Positions 40,337-53,559 of a DNA stretch of 64,000 nt are shown one piece after another. This DNA is from Bispira polyomma (lineage: Eukaryota). Made by a program: the position numbers and the translations under genes. The notes under the pieces were generated by a model. That model saw only the letters and a list, made by a program, of their open reading frames with translations, was not told the DNA's origin and searched no databases. The stretch is taken from contig OZ287755.1 of NCBI GenBank assembly GCA_965649765.1, positions 63,860,001 through 63,924,000 of the forward strand, written 5' to 3'. Numbering within the stretch: position 1 is the stretch's first letter; each line of letters starts with the position of its first letter.

Positions 40337-42427
40337 TCAGTTCCCAGGAACCAGAGCAAAGCTATGAGATTTTAATATGTAATACAGAAAAAGGCTGCGG
40401 TTCACAAGTTTATTAGTATACTAGCATGTTAGACAACTACTATATACAGTTAGTAAAGGGGCATAACGTGACCTTAAGTTAAGATAAGTTGGGGTAGCCC
40501 TAAGGTGAGTATAAGTTAAGAAAGTAAGGTTACCATACATTAAGTTCTTAAACTGGAGTTAAGCTGACCATAATCTTGAAGAGGAAAGAGGTAACCCTAA
40601 CTTGAATTTAAAAAGTTCAGTTTAAGAATTAAAGATTTAAATTAAAGTCGATTAATTAAGATTTTGAAGAGAGATTAGAATTTAAAAATTTTAATAAGTG
40701 ATGTGTAAGAGTACATAATGTACTCCCCAAAATAAGGTGACCTTATGCCCCAAGTACTGTGATTATTTATTTATTGACCTTTGGTATTCCTTTATTATTT
40801 AACAGATAAAATTTTAAAGTTTGAGGTGAGAAGAGATGTCCCAAACCACCAAGACCAAATCTTTCTAGGGGTAGTTTGTAGGGCCATAGCAAAGGAATCA
40901 GCCACTTGAGTGCCTACCTGAGCAGAATCGGTAATATATCGCCACACGCAATCCGACGTCCAGGTGCCATGCTGCTGAATGTCTTGCCAGCTTGATTTGC
41001 GTCCCGAGAAACACCTTGCCGAGGTTTTTTAACCACTTCACTATATCTTTGATTTACACCTCTGTAGTACTGACACATTTTTGTAGCGACATTCCTGTCT
41101 AATAACTCAAAATTTTTAAAACCTGTCCTGCAGAAATGTCTAATGCCTTTATTGTCGCCCACTGCCTTGCTGCAGTTGGCTCCTAATTTTTTGCCAATTT
41201 TTTCGGTTACAATTACTGCTTTTATGTGAACCCAGCACAAGTTTCACAAACATGCTGAAAAAAGGTATTTCCACTCTTGTGGCTGGAAGGAATTTTGCAT
41301 GTGCCTTCCTGATAAAACTTATAGTTGGCCGAGCCCTGGTTCCCCATCCCCATAGTCTTGTTACTACTACTGCCACTACGAGTACTATTATAGCTACTGC
41401 TACTACTAACGACCTGTCTCTGGGCATGAGCTCGCCTCAACCGGTCTAATTTTTTGACTTCCGTCCATTGAAGTTTGTCCATTTTCATCGTGGTCAACAC
41501 AACCGCATGGCAGGCTTTGGCTGCCTCCCAGGAAAAATCCTGAGAGTCCTCCATTAAGCCTGCCATATAATCTAACATGATTTCTTTAATTTCCAGCTTT
41601 TTCTCATCTTGAATTATTCTGGTAAAGCCACAGACCCACTGGCTAAGGGACAGATCATCATAACTCGGACGTGTTTTAAAATTGCCCAACAGAACATGAT
41701 TTTGGGGCCATTCGACTACCCTCTTAACAACATGTCGACCCCCCCCCTCTCTGGGACTTAATCTTACCTTTTTTCGGGTTTTCATTAATTTCCTTAAGCT
41801 CGACTAGCCGCTGCTCGACCTGGGTCTGTATGCAGGTATTTTTCTTCAAGAACTCGATGCTAGGAATCACATTATCATCACTTATAGTATTGACCTTTTC
41901 AACCGAAGCAGTCATTGGACTAGCGTTGCAAATCGAACTGTCCTGAGTTTTAGAAGAGTCCGTGCTCAGAGCCGCCTCCATGATCAAGACACGTTTGTCA
42001 AGTCGTTCCATCATCTGGCTCATACTTTCTAATTTCAACAGTATTTTACTAGAGACAACAGCCAGACTATAAGGAGCTTCAGACACTGCCCCTTCGATTT
42101 TGTCCTCAGAAGCGGACTCCTCATGTAACACTCGAGTACATTTGTTACCAACTGGCCTAGTGTGTTTTCCCATACATTTTGCACAACTATAGACTTTAAT
42201 TCGTGGCATTATGAGAGAGGTTACACTAAAAATCTAAAATTGTAAAAATAGTAAAATATAAAAATGTAAAACACAGAACATAAACTCTCTGCCAAACCCT
42301 TCAGGTTATTCTATTTTGAAGTTGTTCTTCTGCTGACGATTGATGAAAAGGAGGGAGATTTGAATTTTCCTGCCTTTTATAGTGAAACACAGCCAGGCGT
42401 GACGAACAGTCTGGTACCCCGAACTGA
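40337..42427 (-). mobile_element. DIRS-order retrotransposon, internally deleted (gag + YR end)
   Basis: Gag 42209-41222 (N-terminal CAKC..KH..PVGNKC, WPQNHV, LSLSQWVCGF, FSWEAAKACHAVVL, C-terminal C/H finger; frameshift in G-run at ~41740). YR end QQHGTWTSDCVWRYIT at ~40980-40870. RT/RH is missing. TATA-like CTATAAAAGG at 42382-42373. Confidence 0.88.
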
Positions 42428-44000
42428 ACCCACCAACGCTAGGGCGTTGCCTTGTAAACTTTTCACTGTTCTCATTATTGTGCTTTATGTGGGTGTTTGT
42501 TTGTATATCTTAAGAATTTATCCCTTATTACAGATTCTGGTTACAGTGATGACATACTTGCCTCCTATTTCTGCAGTCACAGGTTGGAATCTTAGCCCCT
42601 GACAACTATGTTGGAAATGTTGGCAGTAAAGTTTATGAATGATTATGGTTTGCAGAGCAGAAAACTTTGACCAACTACCTTGCTCTGATTTCCTTTACCA
42701 GTGCACTGCCTATCGTGATATGGCACACAAGACACGTTAAATTTTCTTGGAAAATTATGACATTACTTACAAATAACGACACAATCCCGATTAATGTTGA
42801 CATCACTTGGGCTATTTTTATAGTTTATATGTGTAAAGAGAGAAGACATATTAAGTGAGTTATAGGTGAATACATGACTTCAGCCCAGCGGGAAGGGAAG
42901 ACAAAAATATAGGTCAAGTTTTAGATAAAACCCATGAGTTTTTATTATTAGTTTTAGCCCTATAGATACGTACACAACAATCATTGTTATGACTTTTTAT
43001 TAGTGTTGTTCTTTAAAACTGTTACTACACCAAGTTAATGAGTTGCTTTTTACTATTTTTACTTTTTTACTACAATGATTACATCAACTATATACATTAC
43101 AGCTAGGAAGCGTTAACTCAACAACCGTTATAGGCAACGCTAGAACAATATACTTGCATGTTAAATTTATTACAAATTACTGTTCAGTCATTACGTTACT
43201 TACAGAGTTTTAACTGTAAGTCAGCAAGGTATAGTCTAAGTTTAGACTAGATAAAGTTGAAGTATAAAATAAAATAAAGGGCCCAACTATTAGGACAATA
43301 TTTTTTGAAAGGTTGTAGAAACCACACATGAGGCTTTAGGGCCAATGAGGCCCCACTACATCAAAATGTGTGAAAACCAAAATGTTTTGGACGAAAATCA
43401 ATTTTTGTTATAACCAATTTTAAAAAGAAAGAGCTTTAAAAGCTGTCACAGGCATTAACTTTTTTTTGTTTTAAATATAAACAAAGACATTCTTGTTCTG
43501 CAAAAAAACACTTGATGACGTGTTACTGTTCTGACTCTTGCACACGTCATAAGTACATGTACTCCTGGTGCATCCCAAATCAGATCAGCCCTGGATGGAA
43601 AGTGTGTCATATCAAAATACTTTATAGCAATAGGTATTAGTGAAGCAAGTTGAAACCCTCCCCCCAAAAAGACATATAAGAAAAGTGCCTTATATGTTTC
43701 AGAATTAGGATTAGACACCCTTAAATTGAAGTCTGATGGGAGCATTGATATGCACAGATTTTACTAGCATTTGCACTTTTTGACTATATTTTTTTTAGAT
43801 TATATGTAGACCAATCAAAAAAGGCCCAAAAATGAGACAACACTGAAATGTTATCACTAATTATTAAGGCAGCCCCCAAACCATTTTGAATTATATATTC
43901 TATATAGTAGACAATTGTTCTAGAGCAATGAGGTACTGTGAACTTCATGTAGATCATAAAGGCTATGTAGAATTGAAAGGTGAAGTCGTATGCATTCCTG

Positions 44001-44674
44001 GGCCCTGTAAATCAAAACCTTCGTTAAAATGCTAACTAACGATCGTGTAATGACAAAACTACTAGGAAGTAACTAAACAACTCTGTGGGTAAATGAAAAC
44101 CATTGGTTAGGTTTTCGTTAGTCTAGTCCAAACGAAGGGCTAACTAATGCGGTTGTATGGCATCATATGATGTGATTATAATATAAATGTAGAAATTATG
44201 CCTCTTTTAACAAACACCAAGATTTAAGATGTCTTACACAGAGTTATTGATTGATATAGTGTACCAAGAAGTTAAATTATCATATATCTAAAACTTTAAA
44301 ATATACGTAAAACACAATGAACTCATGTACATCTCCCAACAAATCTTATAAGAGATATCAAGACAAATATGTATGGGTGCATTTGCCATATAAATACGTG
44401 AACCAGTGTTAACTTTATTGATTATGACAGACTGTTTTAATAAAAAATATTTTTTTTCTGGCTTTTTACCATTGTTTTCATTGATAAATATATGGTCTAA
44501 CTAACAGCTAACGACAGGGTCTGAGTTGTTGTTCTATTATGGGGGTTTTATGAACAACGTTAACCAACAGTAAACTAACTAAGGCTTCTATTTGCACAAA
44601 AATTTGCGAACTAAGCCTCAACTAAGACCTAACAAAACATCGTCAGTGTAACGAATGCTTTGATTTATAGGCCC
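44001..44674. mobile_element. Non-autonomous DNA transposon (MITE), Harbinger-type with CWG target site
   Basis: 26-bp TIRs ggccctgtaaatcaaaaccttcgtta / gggcctataaatcaaagcattcgtta (22/26 match); CTG on both flanks (43998-44000, 44675-44677); no coding capacity. Confidence 0.8.
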
Positions 44675-44989
44675 CTGGTTTGTGGACGCATTGCAGAAGG
44701 TATACGCTGTAAGGCTTTTTTTTCCAGAAATATGTCACCGGTAGGACATGTGTACATTATGTTTATATATAGAAATTTGGTAGTAACATTTCACCATTGG
44801 TATATAACCGTTTACAATTTTTTAAATGGTTCACGTCTATCATGTCATAATCCTGATACATGTGCCACCTGGACAAAATATCGGTATATTTATTGTGTAC
44901 GCCTGGAATATGCTTTGCATTAACCTCTATATTAGACGCAGCTTTATAATACCAAGTAGTTCTTAGCTATTAGCCATTGGTCTTTAGCT

Positions 44990-46420
44990 TTGCTAGAAGT
45001 GAAAACATCAAGCACTGCAAAGTTATCACACTATATAATTACATTTGCATTGACCCATTTGTTGCACCATAACTTAAGGGCTATCAGCCCTTAAGTTGGC
45101 CGCCTCAAAATGCACTATAGATCTACAATTTTTAACATATTATTATGATACATTATTTTTAACGCGCTTTATTGATGCCAGGCATCTTCTAACGCGCCAC
45201 AGCAGAATCAGTGATCCAATCGTAAAGTCCATGGGCATAGCAAGGTCATAAGGGTAGGGGGGTTAACAGCTGGTTAATCAGCAAGCAACCAGACTCGGTA
45301 TTAACCCACCCCGTAGCACCTGGCGGCAAGGGGTGCAACTCCCTTTCACGCTTCACATGGTGAAGGGTGCCGTAGCCGTGATTTAGTAATATCTTTGGAG
45401 TAAACCATGCCATTATGATAACCACCCTTTTGTAGGGATGCGTCTATGCAAGCCACAATTTATTTTTTCAGTATTAATCTTAATAAACACTTCTAAAAAC
45501 TGGTTAAACCAGGAAATGTCTTCATAAAATATTTGTGGAAACTGAATATAATCCTTATTACGGGCTGAACGCAGAACTTGTAGAATACGATTAATAAAAA
45601 TCCTGGCGTGTCGTACACAACTATGAATATAGAGGAGTTTACCCATTAATTTTTGTAACTGGTTTCTAGTGGCTTGTGTACTTCATAATTTTTTTAACCG
45701 GAACAGTTAGGGTACCTGTGGCAGCATTGATAATAATAATACCTATACCGTTGATTTTGGCCACAGGCGGCTCCAGTTTTTCATGTTAGTAGGCAAACCT
45801 AATATTTATAATAATTTTTTCAGTGACATAAAATTACTATTAGCTTGATGAGGGGGACAAGCTCTAATAAAATCATAGTTCATAACCCATATATTACGTT
45901 TACATAAGACTGACGTCACCGCAAACGTGCCTAACTAGCACCCCGCCGCTCCCACCCAAAACCCAAACAGAAGACCAACATCAACATAAGTACTATATAC
46001 TACCTTGCCCTTGTAAACCAAGCCCTGGGTAATCATAGGGGTCTATTCTTAAATTTCTAAAGGCTCGTTGAAGATCTATTTTAAACAATTAGGTATCAGA
46101 ACCAAATATTTTTATTTTTTCAACCACTTGAGGCATGAATGGGAAAAATGTAATTTTCTTAAAAAGGGAGTCTTGAATAGGACCAATCATAGCTGTATGA
46201 CGTACTTCCACTTTAAAATATTCATTAACGCCCTTAGGGCAACATAAAGCTGATTTATGATTTACAATATTACTATTATATGAGAATGCTATAGAATCTA
46301 TGTTCATTGGGAACCCAAATTGAAGTTATATTCGGTTAGTAACTTTCTCCAAGCAGGAAGATTCAAACCTGAAGGGGCGTTAATATGTGCCCTTTATAAT
46401 TTCGAATACCATGCTTTTTT
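44990..46420 (-). mobile_element. DIRS-order RT/RNase H remnant
   Basis: QFGFP, NHKSA, EVRHTAMIGP, IDLQRAFRNLRIDP, MGKLLYIHSCVRHARIFINRILQVLR and I.CDNFAVL motifs; heavily frameshifted and interrupted by a LINE tail at ~45150-45270. Confidence 0.85.
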
Positions 46421-46840
46421 AATTTCACTATGTACTGTAGTTAACCATGCCTTAGTAGTAATTTAAAGTATTGAAATGGGTGTTTTTAACAACTGGATGA
46501 CTGGTGTATGGAATTTTGTTCACTGTTTCTTTGTGTTCCCCTCCCCCCTTGAAGTCAGATTTGAAAACATGAGCTGATTCTGCAAATGATTTGCAAGCTT
46601 TCTATTTGGAGTAAAAAATGTGACATTAATCATTTACAAACTATCTAATGAATGTATGTAGAGTCAAAAAATTATTTTGGCTTCCCATTCATGATCAAAT
46701 TCTGTTTTAAAATCTATATCATGACTGTCACAGCTATTATCTCTCAATAGCACCCCTATCTTGCTACTCATCTTTCCTTCTGCCATTAAGGAAAGATGCT
46801 TTCTGTTTACCCTGTTAAACTAACCAGGAGGATCTATAGC

Positions 46841-47108
46841 TTTTTTTTTCTTTTTTTGAATTTGAATATTTAACGTCCACTCTAGTACCTGTTTAGATTA
46901 TATTGGGACAAGTAGTTGGAAACGCTGGAGTAAACAGTGCATACAGTTGCTCAAGGTTCTGCACTGAAACCAGCGGCACACAGTAAGGAACTACCACCTT
47001 TCCCACATAGGCAGGGATTTGACAGGATTCGAACTCACGCCTCCCAGAGGTGAGAGACCAGTGATTGTGAAGTGCAATGCTTGCTAACCACTAGGCCACC
47101 ACAGCCCC
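46841..47108 (-). mobile_element. tRNA-derived SINE family 1 inserted in a LINE tail
   Basis: Same body, poly(A) tail (T-run 46841-46857), A/B boxes. Confidence 0.9.
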
Positions 47109-47214
47109 CCCGTTGAGCTGGAAACTGGATTACTGGAAACACTTTCTGGGTTAAGGAGAAAACTTCTCTTAAGCTGTCTCTTAAAATTACCATACCCAAC
47201 AGTTAAGTCTGAAG

Positions 47215-47642
47215 AAGGTTCAATAAAGAAGTCTGTCTGGATAAAATATTTATACCAGTTTTAATCTTTTATAGTTTACAATAGCATATAATATAAAACA
47301 CTGATTAAGTCAATATATATTACATGATAAAAAGAATATGTGATACACAATTATACAACTAACACGATTGAGAAAAAAAACAAATAAAAAAAGGCTAGCC
47401 CAATATTTAAACATACTTAAACTAAATATGGAAGCTAGACTAGGCTAGTGTGAGCCATGAAAGCTCAATAGTATCATCTAAGATGTAGATTATATTGCCA
47501 AATTTGACCAGTTTGTTCCAACGCCACGTTGTTAGTGTATAGTTGCTACCATATAGTCTTAATTACATACACATGTTACATCCTTTTCCAGAAAAGCTGT
47601 TGTAATTTAACTCTCACCCCTTATTTTGACTTCCGGCCATTA
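47215..47642 (-). pseudogene. Degenerate duplicate of the TLR 3' coding end and 3' UTR
   Basis: 47461-47530 aagctcaatagtatcatctaagatgtag...tttgaccagtttgttccaac matches 48367-48435. The WPE, LFW and RLYGSNY codons are recognisable but frameshifted. UTR blocks at 47220 and 47300-47360 match 48044 and 48225-48285. Confidence 0.8.
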
Positions 47643-48354
47643 ACAATGTTTTTCATAAAGATGTATTCATCTCTGTGTGTTGTGAAAATTGGGCTTTTGT
47701 ATGTGTATTGTGGAAACTTTGGCAAGAATACATCATAACCACACGTGAATAGCAACACATGGGGAAACATTTGAAAATATATGCACAAAATACACTGTCA
47801 ATATTTATGTTTGGTGTAATCCAAAAATATTTGATGGTGTTGTTAGATAAATCTGTGATTTTCACTAATTAGAAAGTGCTGGAAAAAATCAATCTTCAAT
47901 GACAAACATAGGCTAAACCAATGTAATTCCATTAAAGGCATTTGGAATATTCCATTTCTGAAATAATGGAGTTTCTTTAGGATTGATGTTTCTGTCACCT
48001 TCAGACAAAGTATCCACTTTCTCCAAGCAAATCTGAATAAGTTTCAATAAAGAAGAGTGCTGGGATGAAATATTTATATTTGTGCTACATCAACACATCA
48101 CTTTTAATGACCTTGGCTATTTTTTGGTTAATTGATTCTTTTGTTGCACTTTAGAAGATGCCTCAATAGATTGTCTTAAAAATGCACAATACAATTACTT
48201 TGACAATAATATAAAACTTAAAATACTAATTAAGTCAATATATTTTACATGCTAAAAAGAATATGTGATACACAATTATATAACCTTACATAGCATATGA
48301 AAATGCATAATACAATTATAGTTACAATAATATAAAACATAAAACGGGTTTGTC

Positions 48355-51300
48355 TCAGTCTTCAAGAAGCTCAATAGTATCATCTAAGATGTAGTTGATG
48401 TTTCCACCTTTGACCAGTTTGTTCCAACACCACGTTCTGAGATAGCAGGGATAGTTGCTACCATATAATCTTGATGACAACCTTGCCCAGAAGAGCTCTT
48501 GTCGCATGGTTTGTTTTTTAGTTCTCACCCCATCTTTAGCTTCTGGCCATTTAAGATATACTTTTGCATCCAATATTTGATGAACCAGCCCAGGCAAAGA
48601 ATTGGATGTAATATCGCCAAACTTGATGACAATCAAATCTTTATGTTTATTTATATGTTCTGTGTAGGCTCTCTTTAATTCAAAAGTAGGCCATGGTTTC
48701 TTCACAGAGTTCTCACTGATGACAACAATGTGGACTCTGCTCTGAGACATGTGTTTTACTATCTCATCGTCAATGTCTTCTCCAAGGATGAAGTCCCTAA
48801 ATATGAAAAAGACCCGAAATATAAGTATGTGTGTAAGCTTTGGTTTGATGCTGAACATAAATTAGAGAAAAAATTGTGTATAGTTTTAGTATTGGCATAA
48901 AGTTTTGGCAGAAATGATCAGCATCTTGAAAATACATGTTATATTTACTCATATACAATGACAATATTACGTTAAAACATATCAACTTAGGTAAATTTGT
49001 ATTTGCTACAGTTATACTTTGAATAATTTGGAACCAGTGTACTTTTTGGTAGTATGGTTTTGCTTAGAGGTAAATATATGCTGACTGGTTGTGTAATAAA
49101 CATTGAACATACTTTAAATCTGATTACGTACCACATAAATGTTTTAGCTATTGATCTTTAATACCGCTTAGATTGCAGCCATAATCAAAAATGATTGTGC
49201 AATTAAATATTATGAATTTAATATTTTGTGAAATTGCTTGCCAAATTACCTGTAATGAATACAAAGCCTGAAGTTATACTTGTCTTCGAGAGTCTTCATA
49301 AGTACATCATGAACCCAAAACCTGTCTTCACTGCAGTAAGCCACAAACACATCGTATTTAAATGTTGCCTTCACTGTGGAAGTACACCAGAGCTTCATGC
49401 GATAGTATGAGGTAAACAGGTAAAACCTATACTTCCACACCAAGGCAGTGCAGCAACAAACAGCAACAAGCAATGAAATTCCTGTCACTGTGATCAACAC
49501 CAAATTGGTATGTCTTGGATAACACAATGAATTCACATCTTCTAGATTTATTGTCTTAATGAACTGATATCCTCCACCACCGAAGTATGTTTGAAAACAT
49601 TCATAACTATCTTTTGCCTCCAATGACAGCTGAGCAGTATCCTGTATCTCTTGAAGAAATCTTATGGTTTCCACAGAGTCATCAGAGCAGTCACATGTAA
49701 AAGGGTTGCCAGTGAAGTCTAGTGTAACTTTGGTATTTGCTTTCTTTGTCAATAGGTCCCTAACATCTTGTGGAAAATGGTGGATTTCATTGTGTCTTAG
49801 ATTTACTTTTTCTATATGTATAAAGTCTTGCAAATGCCTGCTTAGATCTGATTCGTCCAAGTAGTTATTTTGAAGGTTCAAATCAAATAGACTATCACAA
49901 TGACTAAAATAACCCTCAGGGATTTGCTTTATATCTCCAGATGATATGTCTAAAAAATGAAGTTTGGTGTAGAAGCTACATAAGGATGTGCTATTTAGCT
50001 TAACCAGAGTAATTGTATTTCCTTGAAGTTTTAGTGTTTTTAGTTTAACAAAGTTGCCAAAATTATTCATTGGTATGGTTATATTATTTTGGTTAAAACT
50101 CAGGTCAATATAGGACACAGTCTTCAAACCTAAAATTTCAAGCTTCTGTATTAATTGCATCACTAATCTAAATTGTATCAGTTCTGAATTTTGAGCCAAT
50201 GATATCTTTTGAAGGTCATTGCTGGAAAAGCAGACTTTAAATTTATCTTGTAAACCAAAATGTCTTTGACGGGGCATCAAATTCATATCATCGAATATCA
50301 GCTCCTTTAAGTTTCTGCCAAAGGGTATTTTGATTGGTGGTGAGCATGCAAAATCAAGTAAAGAGGAGAGTTGTATACTTACAGGAATTAAGGAACAAGA
50401 AATAGATGCACAATCCAGTCGTTCACATAATGCTGATCTATTGTTAAGGAAAATGGCTTGTGCAATACTTTTAAAACATCGATCATGAGTAAAGGGATCC
50501 TGTGAAAAAACTTTTGTATCCCTTTTAGCCAACTGATGAAGTGATCTTCTGTGTTCTACCAAAGGCATATGTAAGCCTTGGTGTGAAATATTTATAATTT
50601 CAAGAATTGGATGCCATAATAGTTCCAATACAAATGTTATAAAAGCATTGTCAGAGTTTAATAAATTCCTAGAAACATTAAAAATCCTGATATTTGGTAG
50701 TATATCTGACACATTACCAGAAACTGACATAAGGTTATTGCCACACAGTTCCAGACACAGAAGACCTGATGTATTTACTGGATCAAGAAGTGTTCCAAGA
50801 TGGACATGTAATATGGCGACAGATGTCAACATTTGGAAATCATTAAGTATTAAGACTTTCAGAGGTTTGTTCTGCAAGGCTAGCATTATTGCACTAAAGT
50901 TTGCTTTGTGATAATGAAGTCCAGAAAAATCTAATAATTGTAAGTGAGGCATGTTTTGAACAATGCGAATAAGGTCCCCTTCATCACCATTGTAAAAAGC
51001 ATGAAAGTGAAACTCTCTTACATTTATTGGGAAAGTAGTGTTGTCATAGGCAAAAGCCAGTCTGTTCCTCTGTAGTTTTGTGTTCTGCACTATCCAAAGC
51101 TCAGACAGATTTTGCAATTTGTACAATTGATCCACATTTATCCGTTCAAAGATGTCATTTGGACTGGGCAGAATTGAAATGTGTAACTTTGTCACATCTT
51201 GGGTTGATAAATTGTCCAAGTATCCACTCATATACAACGGTTCCAGTTGTTTATAAGTCATATCAGGTCTACTCAATTCCCTTGGATAGCAATATGATTT

Positions 51301-51423
51301 TAAATCTTGAAGATCACTTCCTGAAGAAATCCTTGTATCTGCACAAATTATCTGCATGCTCAGCATTACATATAACAATATAGCGACAATGCTCATTGTA
51401 CTGGTGAAGTGACCACAAGACAT
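48355..51423 (-). CDS. Toll-like receptor (LRR ectodomain, LRR-CT, TM, TIR); exons 51423-49250 and 48796-48355 (~871 aa)
   Basis: Signal peptide; LxxLxLxxN repeats; LRR-CT NPFTCDC; TM (LVLITVTGISLLVAVCCCTALVW); TIR box 1 YDVFVAY. Phase-2 GT-AG intron 48797-49249 joins LCIHYR to DFILG. The second exon has YLKWP and box 3 LFWARL. Confidence 0.93.
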
Positions 51424-52392
51424 TTTGTGAATATAGAAAGTTAAAATTAGTTTTAATCAGCTTGTACTTATGATAGAAACAGATCTTTGAGTTTGTCACT
51501 GATGTAAGAAATATTGCGGTGTGTAACAAAAGTTCAGAAGCAAATGCTGACTGGTGTTTGTTATAAATACGCCATTCTAAAGATATTCATGAATATTAAA
51601 CTTATCAGCACATGCAAACTGTGTTGAATAAAAGTGTTTACTAAATCTCCATTATATAAAAAAACATATCTGAATGTAAGTTACAGTACTTGGGTTATTT
51701 TATTCTATTTATATATTTATTCTATCTCTCAAATTCCATTGGGGTGGTGTGATGCGAGTGTGAGATCATCTTAGTGTGATGAATGCCCATAAACACAAAA
51801 TATCTGAATATTCATGGGGCTTGAACAAATATGACATGTTGGAATCCCGCCAAGACAGAAATATATGACAGTGACAAATACACATTTTGATTATATTCTC
51901 TTGATACATTTTTCTGTAACCTTTCTCCAAGCTTCTGTAAATGGCAGTGTGGATATTATTTGAATAAAAGTAGAGTAGATGTGCATGAGGATTACAGTAC
52001 CCATTTCAAGATGAATCCACATAGGTCAATTGAAGAATACCCTGTCCCGTCAAACTCCAACATGAGGGTTAAAATATTTTTTGTTAGTCGCTACATTATT
52101 TACAGTCTGGTAAGTGATGGTTGTCATACTACAAATTCTATAACTTTACTTAGGAGACCATAAATTAATATTTGATTTAGGTTTACAATAAGTACATACA
52201 ATTTATGTTGCAGTAATCTTAAATAAATTAGGATAATACACTATTATCTAAGTTACATATTTATCAATAAAGATGCTTTAACTATAATTTTTAAAGCAAT
52301 AACTAAACAACTAACTAAGCATTAATTGTTTCAAAACACCAAACTCTTAGAAGTGTATAACAATAGGGTCTTTACTGTGATAATAAGTATAT

Positions 52393-52652
52393 ATTAGCAT
52401 CCATCTTCACACGTCCTCGCTCCTCCGATGGTGTGTTTTTTTCTGAAGGAAACAAAACCTAAAGTAGACAATAGTAGACAAACCTAGTTTGGCAGCAAGC
52501 GTATTCATGATAAAATCTATGAGAGTCGTCAAGGCTAATTGAAGGCATAAAAGAAAATTTTGAGGGATAGGCCTATGAAAATTACCCACCCATTATGTAC
52601 ATGAGTCATATATGTATTCATTTCATGCCTTAAATGAAATCTGGTTAACTTG
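52393..52652. repeat. ~250-bp dispersed direct repeat, copy 1
   Basis: Closely matches 63368-63622 (cctcgctcctccgatggtgtg; aaggaaacaaaacctaaagtagacaa; ttacccacccattatgtacatgagtca). Confidence 0.9.
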
Positions 52653-53559
52653 TAGAGTGAATGATGGGCATTCTCTCTATATAGCCCCCTCGGGGAAATC
52701 CCCTCTAAGAAATTATTAAGTAGCACAACATGATCACTATCAATGTACACGCTTATTCGTATAAAATGTGAAGGAAGATTAATGGAGGTGTTCTTTGATG
52801 GGGCTTTCTATATAATAAAACACAATGGCTAGGTTTTAGGGAGGTTAATTTTGAAAGGTTAACATAAAGTGCATTATCAGTATAAGTTCAGTGGTATAGT
52901 ATGATCCTGAAATAGAGATAAGTTTGACCTTTACCTAAAATTTGGAGGTCAATTGAAATATGAAGTAAAAATATTTTGAATGTTAAATGAAGGTCAAAGA
53001 GGGTTGTTTCTTTGATTAGACTTTTAATATTAGGAACTAGGGGCTAGGTCTTTTGGGGGTTAGTTTTGAAAGGTTAAAAGAAAGCTTTCTAACTGATGTA
53101 ATTTTTGATGTAGAATATATCTTAGTATAGTTGTATCCCCACTAGATACAACTATACTGTGTAGCACAATTACCTTGTAAACAATATGTAAAAATTATGA
53201 ATAAACATAATGGTGTATTTATTGTATCATTGTACCACCTTAATAATGCCAGAGTATAATATTGGCTTCATTTGACCATTGTGGAATGTGTATTTAATGT
53301 ATCATTATAAATCCATTGTGCAAATTGAGATTGAAATCACCGTATGCAGATACACAGCTTCAGCCTGGACATGGATAAGCTCAACTCTTCATCCCAAAAC
53401 CACTGTGGCTAACAGTCTAAGCCAGTGACCTTGTGTGAGTTTAGAATCAGAAGACCATCTTGTGGGTAATATTTTGTTTATTCTAACTAGTTTATATATA
53501 TATATATATATATATGTATATACATATATACACACAACACCGAAGTAAGTATTTATTTA

